Origin: Akkermansia muciniphila
GTDB taxonomy: Bacteria > Verrucomicrobiota > Verrucomicrobiia > Limisphaerales > SIAT01
Direction of reading: 5' to 3'
NCBI GenBank assembly: GCA_945900775.1
Contig: CAMDJP010000001.1
Span: 11,168 to 75,167, forward strand
DNA length: 64,000 nucleotides
Of this stretch, positions 10,667-19,245 are shown in pieces. The position numbers and the translations under genes are program-made. The notes beneath the pieces are model-generated. The model made no database searches and had not been told where the DNA came from. It saw nothing but the letters and a program-made list of their open reading frames with translations. Position 1 is the first letter of the stretch. Every line of letters starts with the position of its first letter.

Positions 10667-11063
10667 GGTTTTGGAAGGGCGGAGAATCGCTCTCGGGGAA
10701 ACCCGAGGGAGGAAAGTCCGAACTCCGCAGGGCGCGATGCCGCGTAACTCCGGTTCAACCGGAGATACACGCGGGCGGTTATGGCGTGAGCCGTGCCGAC
10801 GGACAGTGCCACAGAGAACATACCGCCAACCGGCGCAAGCCGGCGGTAAGGGTGAAAAGGTGGGGTAAGAGCCCACCGCGCCAAGCGCAAGCGAGGCGGC
10901 ACGGAAAACCCCATCGGGTGCAAGGCCAAATAGGAAACCTTGAGGCTGCCCGCCTCGTGTCCGGCGAAAGCAGGACGGGTTTCGGGTATTGGCCGCTAAG
11001 ACAAATGATTCTCTCCCCGCGCAAGTGGGTAGACAGAAATCGGCTTACAGCCCTTCCAAAACC
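10667..11063 (+). ncRNA. rnpB: RNase P RNA, bacterial type A
   Basis: GAGGAAAGTCCG and ACAGAAATCGGCTTAC conserved P4 strands; 14-bp P1 GGTTTTGGAAGGGC/GCCCTTCCAAAACC; AGGGTGAAA, GGTAAGAG and CAAGGCCAAATAG landmarks. Confidence 0.97.
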
Positions 11064-11244
11064 ACTTCGCCCATTCCTCCAATGTGGGCCTGTTCGAGTT
11101 TAATTAAGTTTATCGCGGCGACCGCTCTGCGCGCGGCATCATCAACGAGTTCTCCCTATTCCGTCTTCATGCCTAGTCAGTCTCGCAGGCGAAGACCGGA
11201 CTTCTGATTGATTCCTCAGCGACTGTTCGGCAGAGTCGCCCACG

Positions 11245-12012
11245 ATGTTCAGCTTGAAGGATAAGATTACGCTCGTGACCGGGGCTGGCTCCGGCATCGG
11301 TGCGGCTATCGCCGAGACTTTTGCTAGTGCGGGCGGCTTCGTATTCGTCACTGACCGCGACGAGATCGGCGGCCGCGAAACGATTGGCCGGATTGCTGCT
11401 CAGGGTGGTCAGGCAGAATTTCTTTCACTTGATGTTTCTAGTGAAGCCGACTCTGCCCGCGTGGCTAAGACCGTTCACGGGCGCTTTGACCGACTCGATG
11501 TGTTGGTGAACAATGCCGGCATCGGTCACGTGGGCACGATGCTCACAACCACCGGCGCCGACCTCGACCGCCTGTACGCAGTGAACGTGCGCGGTATGTT
11601 CAACGTGACGAAGGTGTTCATCGAGGGAATGGTCCAACGCAAGTCGGGAGCGATTGTGAACATGGCCTCGATTGGCGCTGTGGTAGGAGTTCGCGAACGG
11701 CTGGCGTATGTCACAACGAAGTTTGCCATTGCTGGACTCACCAAAGCGATGGCGCTCGATCACGCACTCGATGGCGTGCGTGTGAACTGCATCTGTCCTG
11801 GACGCGTGGAAACGCCGTTTGTGACAGGCTGGCTCAAAAAATATGCCGATCCTGAAAAGGCTTACCGCGATGCGTGCGCGACGCAGGCGGTGAATCGAAT
11901 GGCCAAGCCGGAAGAGATTGCCGCCGCGGCGCTCTACCTAGCGAGCGACGAGTCGAGTTTTGTGACGGGCACCGAATTCATCATTGACGGTGGATTTAGT
12001 GCTGGGAAATAA
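11245..12012 (+). CDS. SDR family oxidoreductase
   Basis: TGAGSGIG, NNAG, YxxxK (YVTTK) and DGG motifs. Confidence 0.93.
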   Translation: MFSLKDKITLVTGAGSGIGAAIAETFASAGGFVFVTDRDEIGGRETIGRIAAQGGQAEFLSLDVSSEADSARVAKTVHGRFDRLDVLVNNAGIGHVGTMLTTTGADLDRLYAVNVRGMFNVTKVFIEGMVQRKSGAIVNMASIGAVVGVRERLAYVTTKFAIAGLTKAMALDHALDGVRVNCICPGRVETPFVTGWLKKYADPEKAYRDACATQAVNRMAKPEEIAAAALYLASDESSFVTGTEFIIDGGFSAGK

Positions 12013-12059
12013 CCACGGCCGCCTCGCGTCCAAAGACTGCCAATTTAGTTGAGAAATTT

Positions 12060-12875
12060 ATGAGCCTACCGATTGTGAAACTCGACAAGGGCATCCACGC
12101 GATGCACCTCTTTTACCGTATCGACCGCGCGCGTTGGGCGCAGTTGCCGGCTGGAGAATCAGCGAAGGCGCTCGGATGCTTGGAGGCACTGTGCGCGGCG
12201 AACAGTGCTCCATCAAATCCCTCTTTGCGCACGTATACCAACGTTGGTGGCAAGGCGGATTTCGCCTTCTTCTTGCTCGCGGCTGATTTGGTTCAGCTCG
12301 CACAGATGCATCGCGACCTCGAGGCTTGCTTCCCTCCCGGAACGCTTCAACCGGTTTACAGCTATCTGAGCGTGACGGAGTTGGTCGAGTACATGCCGAC
12401 GGAGGAGGATTCCAAACGCCGCGTCGCAAACGAATTCAAACTCACGCCGGGCACGCCGGAGTTCGATGCGAAGCTGGCCGAACTCGCCAAACTTCGCGCC
12501 GAATACGAACAGTACCGTCTCTATCCCGAGCTGCCCGACTGGGAGGTGATGAGCTTCTACCCGATGCTCAAACGTCGTGACGGCAGTGATAACTGGTACA
12601 CGCTCGACCTCGAGACTCGGAAAAAACTCATGGCCGGCCATGCAAGGGTAGGGCGCAAATACGGCGGGCGCGTCTCGCAGCTCATCAGCGGCTCGACCGG
12701 TCTTGATAACTTGGAATGGGGTGTCACGTTGATGGTGCATCAAGTAGATGCCTTGAAGGAGATTGTGTACGAAATGCGCTTCGATGAAGTGACCGCGCGC
12801 TATGGTGGTTTTGGTGATTTTTACGTGAACATCCGCCTTTCGCCCGCGCAGCTTTGGCCTCATCTGCACCTCTGA
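12060..12875 (+). CDS. chdC: Coproheme decarboxylase (ChdC/HemQ; chlorite dismutase family)
   Basis: LYPELP, FYPMxKRR..NWY, LMxxHxxxGRxY, EWGVTL and YEMRFDEV motifs. Confidence 0.85.
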   Translation: MSLPIVKLDKGIHAMHLFYRIDRARWAQLPAGESAKALGCLEALCAANSAPSNPSLRTYTNVGGKADFAFFLLAADLVQLAQMHRDLEACFPPGTLQPVYSYLSVTELVEYMPTEEDSKRRVANEFKLTPGTPEFDAKLAELAKLRAEYEQYRLYPELPDWEVMSFYPMLKRRDGSDNWYTLDLETRKKLMAGHARVGRKYGGRVSQLISGSTGLDNLEWGVTLMVHQVDALKEIVYEMRFDEVTARYGGFGDFYVNIRLSPAQLWPHLHL

Positions 12876-13010
12876 TTCTGCACATCTGGCAACGCCGTTG
12901 GGTCGCAAGGCGTTTACCGGCATCCACTTCAGCCCTTGACCTTCGACCATTGCAAGAGTATGTCTTTTAGAGGAGCCAAGCAGTTTCAAATCCAACAGCC
13001 TGAATAACCT

Positions 13011-13313
13011 ATGACAAAGCGTGATATCGTGATTCGCGTCAGCGACAAGACGAGCCTGACGCAGCAAGAGGTGATGAAGGTGGTGCAGGGAACCTTCGAC
13101 GCCATTGCCGAGGCGTTAGCGAAAGGAACGACGGTCGAACTCCGCAACTTCGGCGTATTCGAGGTGAAGGTGCGCAAAGCTCGCGTGGGTCGCAATCCGA
13201 ACGCCCCCGCGACCGACGTCGCCATCCCCGCGCGAGCTGTTGTAAAGTTCAAGCCCGGCAAGAACATGCGCCAAGCGGTCATCAAACTTTCGCCCAAGAC
13301 CGACGCGGTCTGA
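13011..13313 (+). CDS. HU/IHF family DNA-binding protein
   Basis: VELRNFGVFEV, RVGRNP and VKFKPGK motifs. Confidence 0.95.
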   Translation: MTKRDIVIRVSDKTSLTQQEVMKVVQGTFDAIAEALAKGTTVELRNFGVFEVKVRKARVGRNPNAPATDVAIPARAVVKFKPGKNMRQAVIKLSPKTDAV

Positions 13314-13337
13314 AACAAATTTCGGCCCGGACTCTTT

Positions 13338-13365
13338 GGTGTCCGTTTATGTGGACGCCTTTTTT
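13338..13365 (+). terminator. Putative intrinsic terminator after the HU gene
   Basis: GGTGTCCG/TGGACGCC stem (with G-U pairs) followed by T6. Confidence 0.6.
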
Positions 13366-13438
13366 GTTGTTTGGCGCGGCGAAATGGCCAATGGTCTCGG
13401 CTTCATAAGCAGCCGCTTGTGGCAGGCTGTACACTCAC

Positions 13439-14692
13439 ATGGAAAGACTGCCCGGATTCCGCGACTTCTACCCCGAGCCGCTCCCCAACGCCGACGCGTG
13501 GAGCGCCGACGCGCGCAACCATATCTTCCGCGCCTGGCGCGAGACGGCCCGCCGCTACGGCTTCCGCGAGTACGACGGTCCGCCGCTCGAGTCGCTCGAG
13601 CTCTTCACCCTGAAGAGCGGCGACGAGATCGTCGACCAACTCTTCAACTTCGTGGACAAAGGGGAGCGCGCCGTGGCGATGCGGCCCGAGATGACACCGA
13701 CCCTCGCCCGCATGATTGCCACGAGCGAGCGAGCCTATAAGAAGCCGATCAAGTGGTTCGCTCTCCCACAGCTCTTCCGCTACGAGAAGCAGCAGAAAGG
13801 TCGGCTTCGCGAACACTTCCAGCTCAACTGCGACATCTTCGGCGAGGCCGACACAGCCGCCGACGCTGAGCTCATCGCGCTCCTCATCGATACCCTTCGC
13901 GCCTTGGGCCTTTCGAGCGACGACTTCGTCATACGGCTCTCCAGTCGCAACGCTTGGCAGGAGTTCTTCGCCAAGCGCTGCGCCGACGAGTCCAAGGCCT
14001 ACGCCTTCTACCAGGTCATCGACAAACTCGCACGCGAGTCGGCCGAGAACAGCCACGCCCGGCTCGCCGCGCTCGGCTTCTCGCTCGACGAGGTGCGCGC
14101 CTTCATCGCCGCAGGCGAGCCCACGGCCGAGTTGCGCAGCGTACTCGACAGCCTCACCGCGCGCGGGCTCGGCGCCTTCGTGCAGGTCGACTACAACGTC
14201 ATCCGCGGGCTTGCCTACTACACTGGCGTCGTCTTCGAGGCATTCGACAAGAAGGGCGAGTTTCGCGCCATCGCAGGCGGCGGTCGCTACAATAACCTCG
14301 TCAAGCTCATCTCCGGCGGAAAGGTGGACCTCCCGGCCCTCGGTTTCGGCATGGGGGACGTCGTCTTACTCGAGCTAATCAAGTCTCGCGGCCTCCTGCC
14401 GAAGTTCACCGCCGGGGTGGACGTCGTCGCGCTCGTCGAGGACGAGGCACTCCGACCCGAGACGCTCGCCCTCGTGCAGCGGCTTCGCGAGGCCGGCTTC
14501 GCCGCGGACTTCTCGCTCGTACCGGTGAAGGGGGATAAGCAGTTCAAGCGTGCTCTCGAGCTCGGTGCGGCCCATACCGTCCGCCTCGAACGCAGCCCGG
14601 AAGGCGAGGTTGTGGCTCGCCTCAAGCACCTCCAGACGCGCGAGGAGAAGGTGCTCGCGCCGGACACCGTCGTGGCCGCGCTCGGGCGTTAA
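13439..14692 (+). CDS. hisS: Histidine--tRNA ligase
   Basis: GFRDFYP, RPEMTP, FRYEKQQKGRLREHFQ, RGLAYYTG and GGGRY motifs. Confidence 0.95.
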   Translation: MERLPGFRDFYPEPLPNADAWSADARNHIFRAWRETARRYGFREYDGPPLESLELFTLKSGDEIVDQLFNFVDKGERAVAMRPEMTPTLARMIATSERAYKKPIKWFALPQLFRYEKQQKGRLREHFQLNCDIFGEADTAADAELIALLIDTLRALGLSSDDFVIRLSSRNAWQEFFAKRCADESKAYAFYQVIDKLARESAENSHARLAALGFSLDEVRAFIAAGEPTAELRSVLDSLTARGLGAFVQVDYNVIRGLAYYTGVVFEAFDKKGEFRAIAGGGRYNNLVKLISGGKVDLPALGFGMGDVVLLELIKSRGLLPKFTAGVDVVALVEDEALRPETLALVQRLREAGFAADFSLVPVKGDKQFKRALELGAAHTVRLERSPEGEVVARLKHLQTREEKVLAPDTVVAALGR

Positions 14693-14762
14693 TCAGAGAA
14701 AGGTTGGACAGGGCAAGGTCTCTTCGCCATCTTTCGGACGGTTTCAGGACAGAAGGTTTTCT

Positions 14763-16292
14763 ATGCGCACACTCCTTATCGGTATCGACAGCGGCACTCA
14801 ATCCACCAAGGCGCTCGTCGTCGACGCCAAGTCTGGCAAGGTCCTCGGCGCAGCCTCCCAGTCGCACGGGCTGATTCCGAACCTGCCGCCCGGTGCCAAG
14901 GAGCAGCATCCGCGGTCGTGGCGCGAAGCGACAGCGAAGGCCATCAAGGCTGCACTCAAGGTCGCGAAGGCGAAAGTCGGCGAGGTTGTGGCTATCGGCG
15001 TCTCCGGTCAGCAGCACGGCTTCGTGCCGTTGGATAAATCGGGCGAGGTCATCCGCCCAGCCAAGCTCTGGTGCGACACCGCCACGGCGGCCGAGTGCGA
15101 GGAGATTACTCTCAATCTCGGCGGCGCCAAAGCGACACGCAAAGCTATCGGCAACGCCGTGCTGCCGGGCTTCACCGCCTCGAAGATTCTCTGGCTGAAA
15201 AAGCACGAACCGAAGAATTTCGCACGCCTCGCCACGGTTCTCCTGCCTCACGACTACCTGAATTTCTGGCTGACTGGCCATGCGTTCATGGAGTACGGCG
15301 ACGCCTCCGGCACGGCGCTGATGGATGTTCGCAAGCGCCAGTGGAGCGAGGCGGCTGTGAAAGCGATTGACGCCGACTTGCTCTGCAAGTTGCCAAAACT
15401 CTCTTCGAGCGACCAACCTGCCGGGATGCTCCAGCCGAGTACCGCGAGAGAGTTAGGGCTGAACCCCGGAGTGCTCGTCAGCGCCGGCGGCGGGGATAAT
15501 ATGATGGGCGCGATTGGCACGGGTAATACGCGCGAAGGGGTCGTCACCGCCAGTTTCGGCACGAGCGGCACCATCTACGCCTGCGCTGAGAAGCCGGTCG
15601 TGGATCCGCTCGGCGAAATCGCTGCATTCTGCGACTCGACGAACCGATGGCTACCGCTCCTCTGCACAATGAACGTGACCGTCGCCACCGAGATGGTGCG
15701 AGAGGATTTCCAATGGACGAACGAGAAGTTCGCCGCCGAAGCAGCGAAGGCGCCGACTGGCTCGGACGGCCTTCTTCTTCTGCCGTACCTCGAGGGCGAG
15801 CGGACCCCAAACGTGCCAGCCGGCACAGGCGTTTTCTTCGGCGTCAACCACCGCACCTTCAAAGCCGGCCACTACGCCCGCGCCACAATGGAAGGCGTAA
15901 CGCTTGGGATGAACTATGGCCTTCGCCGACTCTCTAAATTAGGCGTGAGGGCGAAGCAGATACGTGCCACTGGCGGCGGCGCCAAAAGCAAACTCTGGCG
16001 TCAGATTATGGCGGACGTCTTCGACGCCGAAGTCGTCACGCTCAAGGTGAGCGAGGGGGCGGCTTACGGGGCGGCGTTGCAGGCGCTCTGGTGCTGGCGC
16101 AGCCAAAAGGGTGAGAAAGTGGACATTGCTGAGATTACCGATCGATTTGTGACGCTGAACAGGTCTGAAACTGCTGAACCGAATGCGAAGGCTACATCCG
16201 TGTACCGCGAGTTGCAGGCTTTGCAGGACGAGATTTCGCGCTCACTGCAAGGCGCGTTCGTCCGCCATCGGCGGCTGGTTTTGAGTGCTTGA
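14763..16292 (+). CDS. xylB: Xylulokinase (FGGY family)
   Basis: IGIDSGTQSTK, SGQQHG, DASGT, GDNM and LPYLEGERTP motifs; start moved to ATG 14763. Confidence 0.9.
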   Translation: MRTLLIGIDSGTQSTKALVVDAKSGKVLGAASQSHGLIPNLPPGAKEQHPRSWREATAKAIKAALKVAKAKVGEVVAIGVSGQQHGFVPLDKSGEVIRPAKLWCDTATAAECEEITLNLGGAKATRKAIGNAVLPGFTASKILWLKKHEPKNFARLATVLLPHDYLNFWLTGHAFMEYGDASGTALMDVRKRQWSEAAVKAIDADLLCKLPKLSSSDQPAGMLQPSTARELGLNPGVLVSAGGGDNMMGAIGTGNTREGVVTASFGTSGTIYACAEKPVVDPLGEIAAFCDSTNRWLPLLCTMNVTVATEMVREDFQWTNEKFAAEAAKAPTGSDGLLLLPYLEGERTPNVPAGTGVFFGVNHRTFKAGHYARATMEGVTLGMNYGLRRLSKLGVRAKQIRATGGGAKSKLWRQIMADVFDAEVVTLKVSEGAAYGAALQALWCWRSQKGEKVDIAEITDRFVTLNRSETAEPNAKATSVYRELQALQDEISRSLQGAFVRHRRLVLSA

Positions 16293-16347
16293 ATAATTTT
16301 GAGTTTGCCCCCTAGACAATTCGCGGGGCTGTGGCAGCTTGGGCCTT

Positions 16348-16701
16348 ATGAAGATTCTCCTCTCAACCCACAACATCAGACTTACTCAAGCCATCCAAGA
16401 CCACGTTCACAATCGCATCAGCAAGCTGGAGAACTACGACCGCTTTTGCACCAACGCGCGCGTGATGCTAGAGCGAGATCACACCCGTATTCCGGAGCGT
16501 CAGTTCACCTGCGCCGTGCAGTTCTCGATGCCGGGGCCGGACCTCTTCGCTGAAGATGCGGAGATCGACCTCTACTCGGCCATAGACCTGGCTACCAAGA
16601 AAATCGAACAGCAAATCCGCAAGCGCCACAGCAAATTCAAGGCGCGTAATCACACAGAAGTCTCCCGAAGCAAGCGCGCGCGACAAGAAGCGGTCGCTTA
16701 A
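16348..16701 (+). CDS. hpf: Ribosome hibernation factor HPF/RaiA (short form)
   Basis: HNIRLTQAI...KLE and DLYSAIDLATKKIEQQIRK motifs. Confidence 0.88.
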   Translation: MKILLSTHNIRLTQAIQDHVHNRISKLENYDRFCTNARVMLERDHTRIPERQFTCAVQFSMPGPDLFAEDAEIDLYSAIDLATKKIEQQIRKRHSKFKARNHTEVSRSKRARQEAVA

Positions 16702-16728
16702 GAACAGGCAAAAGCCCGAAAAATATTT

Positions 16729-16780
16729 GCCCGCCCGCGCCGCGAGGCTTGACTCGCGCCGTCGGTGGGTCTTTTTGTTT
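16729..16780 (+). terminator. Putative hairpin/terminator after hpf
   Basis: CCCGCC..CGCGAG/CTCGCG..GGTGGG interrupted stem followed by CTTTTTGTTT. Confidence 0.4.
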
Positions 16781-16785
16781 AGGCG

Positions 16786-18033
16786 ATGATTCTACGCGCT
16801 CGCGTTGTCCTGCCAATCTGCCGCCCACCGATCGAGAATGGGGCCGTCGCCATTGCGGGTGGGCGCATCACGGCGGTCGGGTCGTGGCCGGAGCTTGCCA
16901 AGAATGGCGGCGGCGCAGTCAAAGACTTGGGTGAGTCGATTCTCCTGCCTGGACTGGTCAATGCCCACTGCCACCTTGACTATACTGCGATGGCTGGAGA
17001 AATCGCGCCAACCCAGTCCTTCACCGATTGGATCAAGTGTATCACTGCTCTCAAGGCTTCGTGGAGCTACAGCGAGTTTGCCGAGTCGTGGTTGGATGGC
17101 GCACGCATGTTGCTCGCAACCGGTACAACCACGGTGGCTGACATCGAAGCTGTGCCCGAACTTCTTCCAGAAGTGTGGGCAGCAACGCCATTGCGCATCT
17201 TTTCCTTCCTCGAAATGACCGGCATCAAAAGCCGACGCAAGCCCGAAGAGATTTTGGAGGTGGCTCTGTCCATGATAGCCGCACTGCCAGTGGGTCGCTG
17301 TCACGCCGGGCTCTCACCGCACGCACTGTATTCGACCCAACCGGCGCTGCTCCAACTCGGCGCCAAGCGCGCTCGGGAAAAAGGATTCCGCCTCACGACA
17401 CACGTGGCTGAATCGGCCGAGGAATTCGAGATGTTCTTTCACGGACGTGGTCCACTGCATAATTGGCTCCGCCGTAACAATCGGGAAATGGACGACTGCG
17501 GACGCGGGTCCCCGGTAAAACAACTTGAGGCCAGCGGCTTGCTGGGCGAAAATCTGCTGGCGGTCCACGCAAACTACCTTCACACCGGCGACGCCTCATT
17601 GCTGGCTAAAGCCAAAACGAGCGTGGCGCACTGTCCGCGAAGCCACGATTTCTTCCGTCATTGTCCATTTCCATTTCGTGAATTGAGTGAGGCGGGTGTG
17701 AATATTTGCCTCGGCACTGATAGCCTCGCCACAACCCGCAAAATGCGAGGGCAACCTCTGCGGCTCGATCTATTCGCCGAGATGCGCGCTTTCTCGAAAG
17801 CGAATCCCACTGTGCCGTCTGATGTGATTCTTCGAATGGCCACTCTGAATGGCGCGAAAGCATTGGGACTCGCCGGGGAAGTCGGCGAGTTGGCACCCAG
17901 TGCGTCTGCTGATCTCATCGCGGTGCCATTCGGCGGATCGATTCGTCAGTCGGCCGAAGCGGTTATCCAGCAAACAAATGGCGTAGTCGCCTCGATGATT
18001 GACGGCTGCTGGGCGCTGCCACCAGAGTCGTGA
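16786..18033 (+). CDS. Metal-dependent amidohydrolase (nucleoside deaminase-like)
   Basis: PGLVNAHCHLD, SPHA, HVAES..E and LGTDS motifs. Confidence 0.85.
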   Translation: MILRARVVLPICRPPIENGAVAIAGGRITAVGSWPELAKNGGGAVKDLGESILLPGLVNAHCHLDYTAMAGEIAPTQSFTDWIKCITALKASWSYSEFAESWLDGARMLLATGTTTVADIEAVPELLPEVWAATPLRIFSFLEMTGIKSRRKPEEILEVALSMIAALPVGRCHAGLSPHALYSTQPALLQLGAKRAREKGFRLTTHVAESAEEFEMFFHGRGPLHNWLRRNNREMDDCGRGSPVKQLEASGLLGENLLAVHANYLHTGDASLLAKAKTSVAHCPRSHDFFRHCPFPFRELSEAGVNICLGTDSLATTRKMRGQPLRLDLFAEMRAFSKANPTVPSDVILRMATLNGAKALGLAGEVGELAPSASADLIAVPFGGSIRQSAEAVIQQTNGVVASMIDGCWALPPES

Positions 18034-18037
18034 GCTA

Positions 18038-19237
18038 ATGAGCGGATTAGACGTAGAGTTGCGACGTGAGTTGGCAGCCATCCAAAAGGATGCCTTGCTT
18101 CGTGAATTGCACCGCGTGGACTCATCGCAATCCAGGTGCATTGAAATCGATGGGCGGCCGTTTCTTAATTTTTCATCGAACGACTATCTCGGATTATCAA
18201 ATCACCCCGCATTGAAAGAAGCCGCCACTAGGGCGGTCGCAAAATTCGGTGTGGGTGCAGGCTCCTCACGGCTCGTCTGTGGATCCCTCGCGCCACACCA
18301 CGAGCTAGAGGAGATGCTAGCGGTCTTTAAAGGAACGGAAGCCGCAATCAGCTTCCCAACTGGTTACGCTGCCGCGCTCGGCGCCATCACTTCGGTCGCA
18401 GGCAAAGACGACGTCGTCATTCTCGACAAGCTTGTCCACGCCTGCATCGTGGATGCAGCTCGGCTCAGTGGCGCAAAACTGCGCGTCTTCATCCACAACG
18501 ACCTCAGCGATTTGGAGAGGAAATTGGAGTGGGCGCGAGACCTCCCGTTCGTTTCATCCAAATCACGGCGACGAATCTTGATTCTCACCGAGAGCATCTT
18601 TTCGATGGATGGCGACCTCGCGGCGCTTCGTGATATCGCTGATCTTAAAGACAAGTATGGCGCATGGCTAATGGTCGATGAGGCGCATGCCACCGGACTC
18701 TTTGGCGAAAACCGGCGTGGATTGGCAGAGGAATTTGGCGTTGCCGATCGCATTGAAATTCAGATGGGTACGCTTAGTAAGGCCTGCGGTGCGGCAGGGG
18801 GATACATCTGCGGCTCACGTTCTTTGATTGATTTGCTCGTCAATCGCGCTCGGAGCTTCATCTTCTCGACCGCACCTGTTCCAGCCGCCGTCGCCGCTGC
18901 TCGGGCAGGCATCGGAGTGATACAATCAGCTGAAGGCGAGATTTTGAGGCAACGCCTTTGGGCAATCGTCGATCTTCTCAAGTCCGAGTTGATTAAGGCA
19001 GGATGGGCATTGCCGCCGATTCGCAGCGCAATCCTCCCCTTGCTGGTTGGAAAGGAGACTGAAGCGGTATCCATTGCGACGGCGTTGCGAGCGAGAGGTG
19101 TTTTCGTTCCAGCAATCCGTTATCCGACGGTCGCGCGCGGCAAAGCACGATTGCGCCTGACAGCGAGCGCTGCACACACAGCCGCCGACGTGACGGAAAT
19201 AGTGAACGCTTTGACTGCCGCGAAGACCGGCAACTGA
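18038..19237 (+). CDS. bioF: 8-amino-7-oxononanoate synthase
   Basis: NFSSNDYLGL, GAGSSRL, ESIFSMDGD, DEAHATG and GTLSKA motifs. Confidence 0.93.
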   Translation: MSGLDVELRRELAAIQKDALLRELHRVDSSQSRCIEIDGRPFLNFSSNDYLGLSNHPALKEAATRAVAKFGVGAGSSRLVCGSLAPHHELEEMLAVFKGTEAAISFPTGYAAALGAITSVAGKDDVVILDKLVHACIVDAARLSGAKLRVFIHNDLSDLERKLEWARDLPFVSSKSRRRILILTESIFSMDGDLAALRDIADLKDKYGAWLMVDEAHATGLFGENRRGLAEEFGVADRIEIQMGTLSKACGAAGGYICGSRSLIDLLVNRARSFIFSTAPVPAAVAAARAGIGVIQSAEGEILRQRLWAIVDLLKSELIKAGWALPPIRSAILPLLVGKETEAVSIATALRARGVFVPAIRYPTVARGKARLRLTASAAHTAADVTEIVNALTAAKTGN

Positions 19238-19245
19238 CTCTAAAC

